From: Peptococcia bacterium
GTDB lineage: Bacteria; Bacillota; Peptococcia; Peptococcales; SKKY01
Direction of reading: 5' to 3'
Length of the DNA: 64,000 bases
Assembly (NCBI GenBank): GCA_965228015.1
Contig: OZ245787.1
Span: 446,938-510,937 of the forward strand
This document shows positions 51,725 to 61,172 of the stretch, piece by piece. Below the pieces are notes generated by a model. The model was not told the origin of the DNA. It was given only the letters and a program-made list of their open reading frames with translations, and ran no database searches. Both the position numbers and the translations under genes were made by a program. Each line of letters opens with the position of its first letter. Position 1 is the stretch's first letter.

Positions 51725-52448
51725 TTTCTTTCTCCTTTCTGCCATATAGAATACCTAATATCAATACTGAAATAATTGGTGTGAGAGCTACTAAAGCAAT
51801 CATCCCAAAGCCATCTACCAATGGATTTCTTCCTTCAATTGCAGAGGCTACTCCAACAGCCATAGCTAAAATAAAAGTTACTGTCATAGGCCCGGTTGCT
51901 ACTCCTCCAGAATCGAAGGCTATAGCAACAAAGTTTTTCTTAGAATACCTGATTAAAAACAGAGCTATTAAATATCCAGGCAATACAAGATACCAAAAAG
52001 GAAATCCATAAATTATTCTTGCCATTGATAAGGCTATTGATAAGGCAACTCCTGTTGATAATGTAAACAACATAACTTTTTCAGGTATGTAACCTCCTGA
52101 AACCTTATCAACTTCATATATAAGTACTTTTACGGCAGGTTCTGCAAAAACTGCTGTAAAACCTAAAACAAAACCAATTGGAATAAGTATCCAATTATAG
52201 GACAGGCCTCCCAATATAACACCCATTTTTTCCCCTGTGGGCAAAAACCCGACAAAAACTCCCTGAAGAAAAAAAGAAAGCCCCAGGAAAGTTAAAAACA
52301 TTCCTTTAATTATTACTCCTAATCTTTTTAAAGGTAGTTTTAAATAAAAAACCTGAAATATTAAAAATAATATGGTAAGAGGAATTAAAGCCAAGGCAAC
52401 TTCCATCATTACATGCGTAAATCCTTCAAAAATACTAAATGTTTTCAA
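51702..52448 (-). CDS. DUF1538 family membrane protein
   Basis: 248-aa polytopic ORF, paralogous to the next gene (FAEPAV / VAEPDV, DSGGVATGPMTV / DSGGVTTGPMTV). Confidence 0.65.
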   Translation of the reverse strand: MKTFSIFEGFTHVMMEVALALIPLTILFLIFQVFYLKLPLKRLGVIIKGMFLTFLGLSFFLQGVFVGFLPTGEKMGVILGGLSYNWILIPIGFVLGFTAVFAEPAVKVLIYEVDKVSGGYIPEKVMLFTLSTGVALSIALSMARIIYGFPFWYLVLPGYLIALFLIRYSKKNFVAIAFDSGGVATGPMTVTFILAMAVGVASAIEGRNPLVDGFGMIALVALTPIISVLILGILYGRKEKENESTFSG

Positions 52449-53137
52449 GCAAAAAACACCCCCAGTAACATTACTGCAAGGATTGGCCCTACTGAAGCTA
52501 GTGCAATCAAACCAAAACCATCATCTGATGAGTTTCTGCCCCTCATAACTGACGAAACACCAATACCAAGAGCCAAAATAAAAGGTACTGTCATAGGTCC
52601 TGTTGTAACTCCCCCGGAGTCTAAAGCTACCGGCAGAAAAGACTGGGGAGTTATAAAAACTAAAATCAATACTAAAGAATAACTAATAACTAAAATTTTA
52701 TTTATTGATATATCTAATATTATTTTTATCATTGCCAATGCAACAAAAATTGCAACTCCTAAAGCTACAGAATAAATTAGAAGATTCTTACTTATTGCAC
52801 TCCCAGATACAACTTCAACCTGGGTTGCCAGTATCCTTACATCAGGTTCCGCTACTGTAACAACGAATCCTAGTAAAAATCCAAAAAATATTACTAAAGC
52901 TGGTTTACCGGTTTTAGGTAAAGATGCTCCAATCATTTCACCTACAGGAAGGAGTCCTATATTTACTCCAACAAAAAATAATATCAAACCAAAACTTACT
53001 ATTAGAACCCCGGCAATAAAATTTACTAAGTCATCAAAGGGAAGTTTAATTATAGTAAATTGTAAAAAAAAGATTACAAAGGTGACGGGAAAGACTGAAT
53101 ATATTACTTCTTTAAATGCTTCTTTAAAATTGGTCAT
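52445..53137 (-). CDS. DUF1538 family membrane protein
   Basis: 230-aa polytopic ORF and first gene of the triad. ATGA-type overlap with the paralogue. Confidence 0.65.
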   Translation of the reverse strand: MTNFKEAFKEVIYSVFPVTFVIFFLQFTIIKLPFDDLVNFIAGVLIVSFGLILFFVGVNIGLLPVGEMIGASLPKTGKPALVIFFGFLLGFVVTVAEPDVRILATQVEVVSGSAISKNLLIYSVALGVAIFVALAMIKIILDISINKILVISYSLVLILVFITPQSFLPVALDSGGVTTGPMTVPFILALGIGVSSVMRGRNSSDDGFGLIALASVGPILAVMLLGVFFA

Positions 53138-53221
53138 ATTTTTCTCCTTTCTTTACTTTATTATTTTACACTTATTAATAATATGTTAAAATGTTTTAAA
53201 TTATATATATTATAGAAAGGT

Positions 53222-53823
53222 GTGAGTAACATAAGAATTGTTGCTGATAGTAGCTGTGGTTTGAATAAAGATTTAGAGGAGCGATTAAATCTTACCCATG
53301 TTCCTTTAACTATTACTCTCGGGGATGTTCACTATAAAGATGATGAATATCTCGATGTTTTAAAAATGCTTGATGATATTGAAAAATCTCCAGAAGGTCC
53401 TAAATCAACATGTCCCTCCCCTCAAGATTTTATAGAAGCTTTTAAAGAAAAAAGCTCTATTTTTGTAGTAACAATGACAGCTGCTTTAAGCGGAACATAT
53501 AACAGCGCTCGTCTTGCCAAAGATTTATTTCTTCAGGAACACGGAGATAAATTTATACATATTTTTAATTCAAAAGGATCTTCCGTAAGAGAAGCATTGA
53601 TTGCAATTAAAATTAAAGAACTTATTGATGAAAAGCTTAGTGAAAATGAAATAGTTGAAAAGGTAAATCATTATATCGAAAATCAAAAATATTTTTTTCA
53701 ACTAGGAAATCTTGATAACAATGATAAAAAATGGAAGAATCCCAAAATTAAAAGGTATGTTAGCAAATGTTTTAAATATTAAACCTATTCTTTTTTGCAA
53801 ATGACAACGGTGAAGTAGAGCTT
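53222..53823 (+). pseudogene. DegV-family fatty-acid-binding protein, 5' part (two frameshifts), interrupted by IS3 copy 3
   Basis: IRIVADSSCGL..TCPSPQDFIEAF..VVTMTAALSGTYNSA. The frame changes before MIKNGRIPKLKGMLANVLNIKPILF and again at the T6 run about 53790-53795. It ends GEVEL at the IS. Confidence 0.7.
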
Positions 53824-55077
53824 TGTAATGGTCAAGCATCTTTGTAACACTAAGTACGGAAAATCAGTTTATATTTCGTGCTTCAAATGGAGTCAGCCCT
53901 CCATTGTATGAATGAGGTCGAATGTGGTTGTACCACACATAAACATATTTATTGATAGTTTCATCTAATTGTAGGTCGGTTTCAAATTTTTGGTAGTAAA
54001 TAAGCTCTGACTTAAGTGATTTATAAAATCTCTCCATTGGAGCGTTATCGTATGGGCAACCTGTTTTACTCATGCTTTGCCTTATTCCTTGGCTTTTGCA
54101 GTACTCTACGAAAGCCAAGGAGGTGAACTGTACCCCCTGATTTGAATGTAAGACTAACCCTTCATCTGGACTCTCTCTTTCGAGAGTTTTAGACAAGGCT
54201 TCTATTGCCAGATCTGAGTTGATCCATTTTGAGTTAACCGTTGCTATTGCTTCCCTTTTTGCTAAATCTATAATAGTACAATTATAACGCATTTTACCGT
54301 TTATTAATCTTATATAGGTGAAATCAGTACACCATACTTTATTTCTTTCTGTGACAGAGAAATTTTGATTAAGAATATTGGGAAATACTTTGTTCTTTTC
54401 ACCTTTTACATATTTGGGCCTTTTTCTTACAGTGATTGCATGCAGGTTTAATTCCTTGTTCATATACTTATGCGCTGTTGTCTTACTAATAAATATATTT
54501 TGCCTTGCAAGAAAAGTGACTATCCACCTATGGCCAATAATGCGTCCGTTATTGTAATAAATACTTTTTATGTTTTCTTGAACTTTAGCCTTTCCCTCAC
54601 GATACGTGGATTTTCTGTTCTTTAAGTAATTGTAGTACATATTCGGAGAGAGGTTGAACTTGCGGCATAACCAGCGCAATCCAAACTCAAGTTTATAGGC
54701 ATCAATGAACCAATATACCACTAATCGATTTCCTTTGCGAAGAATGCCGCTGCTTTTTTAGGAAGTCATTTTCCTTTTAAAGTTCCATAAGCTTCTTGTT
54801 AAGCGCTCTATATTCCTCTGGTGATATTGCATTTTCTTTATTTTGTGGTTTTGTGTAATGACATTCTTCGCTGTATTTTTTTATCCATCCGGACATTGTT
54901 GATTTTGATACACCGTAGGTTGCAAAAAGATCACCAAGGCTTTTGCCTTTTAGATATTCACGTACAACCTCCTTCTTGAATTCTAAATCGTAACGTTTGC
55001 TCATTTTGTAATCCTCCTAGTTCGAGTTTATTATATACTATCGGTGCTAGGTGTTACAACAAGACTATACCATTACA
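53824..55077 (-). mobile_element. IS3-family insertion sequence, copy 3 (1254 bp)
   Basis: Same IRs as the other copies, with a CTT direct repeat at 53821-53823 and 55078-55080. orfB is uninterrupted (285 aa, 53864-54721). orfA carries a CAA-to-TAA change at 54777-54779. Confidence 0.92.
53864..54721 (-). CDS. IS3-family OrfB (DDE integrase core), uninterrupted copy
   Basis: 285 aa: ..WCTDFTYIRL..HSNQGVQFTS..YDNAPMERFYKSLKSE. It is in the +1 frame relative to orfA rather than -1 (see findings). Confidence 0.8.
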   Translation of the reverse strand: MVYWFIDAYKLEFGLRWLCRKFNLSPNMYYNYLKNRKSTYREGKAKVQENIKSIYYNNGRIIGHRWIVTFLARQNIFISKTTAHKYMNKELNLHAITVRKRPKYVKGEKNKVFPNILNQNFSVTERNKVWCTDFTYIRLINGKMRYNCTIIDLAKREAIATVNSKWINSDLAIEALSKTLERESPDEGLVLHSNQGVQFTSLAFVEYCKSQGIRQSMSKTGCPYDNAPMERFYKSLKSELIYYQKFETDLQLDETINKYVYVWYNHIRPHSYNGGLTPFEARNIN

Positions 55078-55320
55078 CTTTATGCAAATATCAGAAGCGA
55101 AAAGAAATCTATTCGTACATTTGTAGATCTAATTGGAGAACATTGTGAGGATATTTCAGAAAAAATTCTTGGAATCTCTCATTGTGAAGCAATTAAAAAA
55201 GCAGAGGCACTAAAAAAAGCTATTGAAGAAAAATATAACTTTAGAGAAATAGTTATTGTTCCCACTCGAGGTTTAAGCAGTACTTATATGAATCGTGGAG
55301 GAATTACAGTGTCATTCTAA
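55078..55320 (+). pseudogene. DegV-family protein, 3' part
   Basis: (L)YANIRSEKKSIRTFVDLIGEHCEDISEKILGISHCEA..VIVPTRGLSSTYMNRGGITVSF continues in frame once the IS and one CTT are removed. Confidence 0.7.
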
Positions 55321-55327
55321 AAAACAC

Positions 55328-55366
55328 AGGCAGGAAGTTAAGCTATAACGCTTTGACTACCTGCCT
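55328..55366. terminator. bidirectional terminator hairpin
   Basis: AGGCAGGAAGT...ACTACCTGCCT between convergent genes. Confidence 0.5.
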
Positions 55367-55375
55367 TAATTATTT

Positions 55376-55887
55376 TCATTTCTCAGTATCTACAGAAATT
55401 AAAATTTCATTTCTTTTGAAGATTCCTGGAATAAAGGGTGGATTATACCTTGCTAAAATCATATTTCCTTTAGGAATATAAACCTTTTCTTTTATCCAAT
55501 CAAATAGAAGTTTCATTTTTTCTTGTATCAATTCTTCATTAACTGTTCCAGAAAACTTTATTGCAGCGAAGCTTTCATTAATATACTCTTTAAATGATAT
55601 TCTCTCATCTTTTGGCTCTGGGAATTTTGAATCTAATTTATCAAAAGGTAAAACAAACTCAGTTGTAATTCCATCATTCAATATTTCATTTATTACAGGA
55701 GTGGTCATAGCAATTTTTTACCTTACTCATTACTACCGCCAATATAATTAAACAATAAATTAAAACCGGGGCTTCCTCTCAGATCATCTTCTTTTACTTT
55801 TGCAGTAATAAAATTCTTATACTTTCTTAATTCAAAAGGATCCTCCTCTAATACCACATCAAATTCCGCAGTTTTATAAAGCGGCAT
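55376..55887 (-). pseudogene. SOUL/HBP-family haem-binding protein with an in-frame TAA plus an A-run frameshift
   Basis: ATG 55887 sits behind AGGAGG. MPLYKTAEFDVVLEEDPFELRKY..LFNYIGGSNE-TAA(55723-55725)-GKK, then a frame change at the T6 run 55714-55719 into IAMTTPVINE..ARYNPPFIPGIFKRNEILI. Confidence 0.65.
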
Positions 55888-55899
55888 AATAAATCCCTC

Positions 55900-56263
55900 C
55901 TATTTCTTTTCAACTATTTTTCCCACAGCAGGCATTCTTTCCAAAACTTTTAATCCATGAGGTGAAACTTTTTTATACCCTCCGATAGATCATTCCCGGC
56001 AAAGAAATCATTATGCTCACCATTTTTCCATCTGGAAGAATTGGTAACATCATAAATAACACCATCAACAGCAATATAAGCAGCCTTTCCATCTTTACCA
56101 TTAAATTCTTTTAATTCTTCCAATGTAAGTTCTAGCGAGGATTCTTCTTGAGGCATTTCTTCCTCGGCTTTTTTTCAGAACAACCAGTAAAAACTAGTAA
56201 AATAAAACTTAAAATTAATAACAGAAATACTATTCTCGGTTCTTTTTTTAAAGAAATTTTCAT
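55900..56263 (-). pseudogene. cytochrome b5-like haem/steroid-binding lipoprotein, two A-run frameshifts
   Basis: Lipobox LLVFTGCS. The T7 run 56169-56175 breaks the frame before EEEMPQEESSLELTLEELKEFNGKDGKAAYIAVDGVIYDVT. A second break occurs at the T6 run about 55972-55977 before SPHGLKVLERMPAVGKI. Confidence 0.6.
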
Positions 56264-56338
56264 AAACCCCTCCATAAAATTATTATTTTATTAAAGTTAT
56301 ACCTTAAATTATCTTTCTTTACACTTCTTCTTTTAAAT

Positions 56339-57765
56339 TTATACTTTAGAAAAAATCGGCCAAGTATTCATAAAAATATACCCAATAAAAGTTATTGTAA
56401 TTATACTAAGAATTGCTAATCTTGATCCATGTTGGAATAATTTACCAGGATCAAATCCATAACCAACCGGAATAGCACGTATTGATACTGGAAGAATATA
56501 CGCACTATTGAAAGCAACAATTGAAATAAATAAGTATGGTATAAAATTTAAACCGAGTCCAATAGTTATACTCATTATTACTGGTATGGTAATTGCAGCT
56601 GCTGCTGTATTACTTGATATTTCTGAAAGGCCAGAAGCAAAAATAACGAAATATAATATCAATACCAAACCTCCTGATAAATTTCTTTCAGACATTATTT
56701 CTGCAAACTTTAAGGCTGCCCCTGTTTCTGTAACTAGCTTTCCTAAAGCAAGGCCACCCGCAAATAAAAATAACATTCCCCACATCATTTCACTCTCTGC
56801 TTTTTTCCATGTCAGTAAAACTTTTCCTTTTTCATCCTTTACTATAAAAGTAAATAAACCAATAATTAAAAATATATATGCTGGTTTCATTCCTGGTAAA
56901 AATCCAGAATAAAGAGGTCTTACAAATGCAAGAACTGTTGCAATAAGAAATAATAGAAAGCTTATTTTTTCTCCTTTTTTCATTTTTCCCATTTCTCTAT
57001 ACATTTTTTTAAAATATTCAGATGAACCTGCTATAGAGTCCACAGATAATTTTATAGAAAAAAGATATATCAAATTCATAATAAGAATTATTATCAAAAA
57101 TGGCAAAAATCTTATAACCCAATCAATATACATAAATTCCTGACCAGTATATTCTTCAATATAACTTATAGCTACCAAATTAGCCGCTCCACCTAAAGGA
57201 GATGCAAAACCTCCAATTCCTGCTCCCCATGTGATAGCCAAAATTATTGGTACTGCAATCTCACTAACTCCAATATCCTTATCTCCACTATATTTCAACA
57301 TAGATATGGAAATTAGTATTAATATTGCACAAACAACAACATTAGGTAAAAAGACTGATAAAATTGCAGAGGCAAACAGCCACATTGTTATCTGCTGTTT
57401 CATTGATCCTCCAACAAGGCATAAAGTTTTTATAGCTAATCTTTTATCAAGTCCAGTAGTCATCCAAGTTAAACAAATCAAATCTGCACCAAATAGTAAT
57501 ATAATTATCTCAGAAAAATATTAGCTTATAATTATTTCCATGGATACTACATTGAAAATCGCATTAACTGCTATTGGAATTAATGCAGTAACAGCTATAT
57601 GAACAGGGCGGAATATCCACCAAGTAGCCATCCAAAAAATAATACCAATAGCAACTGAGCCCTCAAAATTGAATGAATCTTTAAATAATAAAATAGAAAA
57701 AGCGAATAATACCGGACCTAAAAAAGCGATAAGTAATTGATCTCAAACCTTCTAAAAACTGACAT
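56339..57765 (-). pseudogene. SLC13/DASS-type anion:Na+ symporter with a 5' frameshift and an in-frame TAA
   Basis: ATG 57765. The frame changes within the first ~12 codons. In-frame TAA at 57521-57523 (..VVSMEIIIS*YFSEIIILLFGADL..). The remainder is the 380-codon open ORF 56339-57481. Confidence 0.65.
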
Positions 57766-57887
57766 TCTTTTCTCCTTATAGTAATTAAATTAGGTTAATA
57801 GTTGAAGTATATAATTATGTGTAATATTATAAAAATACATATTATTAATATTGTTTATGATTTTTTACTATAAAGAGGTTGTTAAAT

Positions 57888-58781
57888 ATGAAAATAGATT
57901 ATTTTAGAAATTTTATTACCATCGTAGAATCCGGTAGTCTTACAGCTGCAGCAGAAAAACTTGCTATGGCCCAGCCCTCCTTAAGCATCCAAATAAAAAA
58001 CCTTGAACAAAACTATAATATTAAATTAATTAATCTCAGACCAGGTATAAGTAAGTTAGAATTAACAGATGCAGGTAAGATTTTTTATGAAAAGGCTAAA
58101 TACATTTCTACTTTAGAAGAATCTACATATATGGAATTAACAAATTTTGGGAAAGGTTTAGCAGGAACAATTAAAATTAGTATCTCTCCAGCAAAAGTAT
58201 CTTCTTTTGTCACTAATTATTTGCAACCTTTCCACAAAAAATATCCTTTAATTAAATATGAATTACGAGAAGCCCCCGTTACTGAACAGATAGATCATAT
58301 CCAAAATGGTATATCTGATTTTGCTATCGCTAATACTCCTTTACCTGAACCTCATCGCTTTGATATACTTTTTTCAGAAAAAGATTATTTAATTGTTCTA
58401 GCCAATAAAAAAAATTCTTGGAACTTTAATAATTCCAAGAATTTATCATTATATTCTTTAAAAGATATTCCTATTGCAATTAATTATGGATGTCTTCAAT
58501 TATTTGAAAACACTTGTCTCACAGCTAAATTTAAACCAAACTTTATCTCTATTTGCACTACAAAGTCAACTGTTGTCCAATTTGCCTCTCTGAATCTTGG
58601 TGTTTCTATTGTTACAACAGAAAAAAATGAAAACTTTGAAGAAAGCCTTATTGCTATACCAATTAACAATGATAATCTATTTATTGAAAAAATGCTTTAC
58701 AAAAGAAAAGGAAAACAATTTTCACCAATAGTTAATAATTTCATTGAATTTTATTTAAAAGAAAACTCACAAAAATCATAA
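57888..58781 (+). CDS. LysR-family transcriptional regulator
   Basis: MKIDYFRNFITIVESGSLTAAAEKLAMAQPSLSIQIKNLE, followed by a LysR substrate-binding domain of the expected length. Confidence 0.85.
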   Translation: MKIDYFRNFITIVESGSLTAAAEKLAMAQPSLSIQIKNLEQNYNIKLINLRPGISKLELTDAGKIFYEKAKYISTLEESTYMELTNFGKGLAGTIKISISPAKVSSFVTNYLQPFHKKYPLIKYELREAPVTEQIDHIQNGISDFAIANTPLPEPHRFDILFSEKDYLIVLANKKNSWNFNNSKNLSLYSLKDIPIAINYGCLQLFENTCLTAKFKPNFISICTTKSTVVQFASLNLGVSIVTTEKNENFEESLIAIPINNDNLFIEKMLYKRKGKQFSPIVNNFIEFYLKENSQKS

Positions 58782-58792
58782 AATACATTTAA

Positions 58793-60208
58793 CTAAAAAG
58801 TTGATAAGCCGGTAAACTCCTGAATACGATAGATTATAGTTTTAATAACTGATTCTGTCTTACATTCATCATATTCAACAGTATAATGTCCATCCTCATT
58901 ATTCCAAATTCTATTAAAGTAATTTTTTATGTCATTATTAAATTTGCTATCAGATTTGGTTTTTATTAATAAATTTGTTTCCAAATTATAATCATCAATA
59001 TTTCTTCTGGTTAAATTGGCAGATCCCCCAATAATTATAGATTCATTTTATTTTTCAATAAAAACCATTTTTGTATGAAATTGCTCACCATGGGTATTAT
59101 ACCATTTAATTTATATCTCATTATTAGTTTTATCTCTTAATTCCTGAGCTACCTGCCTGTTGGGAATTCCGTTTTTTCTAATCCAAAAGTATCTTTATTA
59201 GGGTCTAATATTAATTTTATGTTTACTCCTCTTTCTGATGCCCTAACCAGAGATTCAATTGTATCTCTTTGAGTCAGATAAAACATACCTATTGTAATAT
59301 TATTACCTTCTGAGGTGTCATTAATTGTACCAATCAAACTGTTTCTGATTTTACCTTCAGTAATAAGAGCTACCGATGTTTCTGTATCTTGGGAAGTTAC
59401 TTCTTTATCCTTAAAATAAAAATCTTTATTTTCATATCCCGAAAACTCTGCTACTTTAATTTCCGATTCCATTAATTCCTGAAGAACTTTACCTTCTACT
59501 TTAAAGCTATGTTTGAGTGGTACCCACTTCCATCACGGGGATTGGCAGGGGTTACAATTCCTGCTTTATCAGTAACAATTACTTTCCTGTGATTTGCTTT
59601 AAAGTTTAATAGCTTCAAATATCCTCTTAAAGTTACTTTTTCAGAATCGGGGCTGAAAGGATTGGGAAGCCAGCCTTCACCTTCTGCTCCAAACCATTTG
59701 ACAGCAGTTCTCCAGAAACCAGCATATAAAGGATTTGAATCTCTGATTTTTTCATTATCTGTAATTACTACATCTATCTTATTTTCTTTTAGTTCTTTTA
59801 TATATTTAGATTCATAAACCCCATAAAAATTATTTATTTCATCTGTAATAAATAGTATAGGAGTATCTGGTTTCGACTCCTTCTTACTTATTAATGCTTT
59901 AGTAAGCTGCTCAGATACATTAGGGAAATTATATTCTCTGTTATAATCATCATTAAACAGAAACATATCTAAAATAATATATTCTTCAGCATTATTTATT
60001 AAATTGAGCCATTCCTTTAAAATAACTTGTTCATAAACTTTTTCATTATCTTTTATATAGCTTAAGTCATATAAATTAGAATCTGTTCTTTCATTACCCA
60101 TAACTGAAGTTCCCTCCGGCATTGGAGTAGTAAAACCATTTATAATTGAAACAATCAAAAACAAAATTATAAAATATTTAATTACTTTTCTTAATGTTTT
60201 TTATTCAA
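58793..60208 (-). pseudogene. membrane-anchored phospholipase D / cardiolipin-synthase-like protein (two HKD motifs), at least 3 frameshifts
   Basis: HKD-1 is NHRKVIVTD (ORF 59496-60164). HKD-2 is HTKMVFIE..GGSANLTRRN, in another frame near 59000-59090. A TTG at 60208 would join if the T6 at 60197-60202 were T7. Confidence 0.6.
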
Positions 60209-60275
60209 AGTGGCAACCTTTCTTTACTTTTATTAATTTTATATCATCTTTTTAAATTCCAATAAATAATACGAA

Positions 60276-61172
60276 CTACCAACTATGGCTTTTAGACTCC
60301 CATTTACCTTCAAATTCATTTCCTAAAGCTATTGCATGTAAAATATCACTTATAAAAACTTCTAAAAAATCTATTGCCTCTTCAAAGGATAAATCAATCG
60401 CAAATTTCTTTTGAAATATTTCCCATCCATTTATAAACATTTCACTATTTTTAATATTCTTGATACGTGTGAAAGAGTCAGGCTCAATTTTAGTTCCTCT
60501 ATTATCTGCCGTCTCTCTCACCGCTATGCATAATGTCTTTCCATCAAGGTCAAAAGTTGAACCGATATAATAAATATCATAAAAATCTTTTATTCTACTT
60601 GTTAATTCAAATCGTTGTAAAATAGCATCTATCTTTTTAGCAACAGTACTTTCAAGGGAGTAAGTCATTATCTCAAATGTTTCAAATGTATCTAGTTGCG
60701 TTATAATTCTACGTTTTTCAGTGTTAGGAACAACGACATCACCTACTCCAAGATCCAGATGTAGAGGTGTTTTAGTATTAGCAATATTAGCAATTAGTCT
60801 TACAGATATTCCATTATATTTTCTATCAACAGAAATCTTTTCACAGCCTATAATATCGTATGTTATAAACTCATTTCCTGTTTTGATATCAATAATCTCA
60901 CAAACTATCTTTTGCAAATTATCTAAAGAATTCTCAATATCTCTTATCAAGAAGTCCATATCAACAGTTGCTCTGCCTTGAAATCCAGATAATGTGTATA
61001 TTAACAGACCACCTTTTAAAATAAAATTTTCTGAATAGGTATACTTTGATATTCTTCTTAACAACTCTTCTTGGCAAAATAATTGTAGATATAACTGCAA
61101 TGATTTACCGGACTTTTTACTCTCGTTTTTTAATTTTGCTAAAACAGATTTTGCTTCAGCCATTAAAGCCAC
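60276..61172 (-). CDS. abiEii: AbiEii/AbiGii-family nucleotidyltransferase toxin (type IV TA / abortive infection)
   Basis: 298 aa, intact. ..FILKGGLLIYTLSGFQGRATVDMDFLI.. is the DUF1814-type N-terminus. It overlaps the antitoxin gene by 10 nt. Confidence 0.7.
   Translation of the reverse strand: MALMAEAKSVLAKLKNESKKSGKSLQLYLQLFCQEELLRRISKYTYSENFILKGGLLIYTLSGFQGRATVDMDFLIRDIENSLDNLQKIVCEIIDIKTGNEFITYDIIGCEKISVDRKYNGISVRLIANIANTKTPLHLDLGVGDVVVPNTEKRRIITQLDTFETFEIMTYSLESTVAKKIDAILQRFELTSRIKDFYDIYYIGSTFDLDGKTLCIAVRETADNRGTKIEPDSFTRIKNIKNSEMFINGWEIFQKKFAIDLSFEEAIDFLEVFISDILHAIALGNEFEGKWESKSHSW

Noticed and set aside
43530-57523. In-frame stop codons in DUF2207, DASS, SOUL and the IS genes, considered as programmed recoding (Sec, Pyl, or an alternative genetic code).
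   Set aside because: All three stop codons are involved (TAA, TAG and TGA). The same codons terminate many ordinary genes here, including ATGA-type overlaps. No SECIS-like hairpin follows the TGA. The affected genes also carry frameshifts. Pseudogenisation is the simpler explanation.
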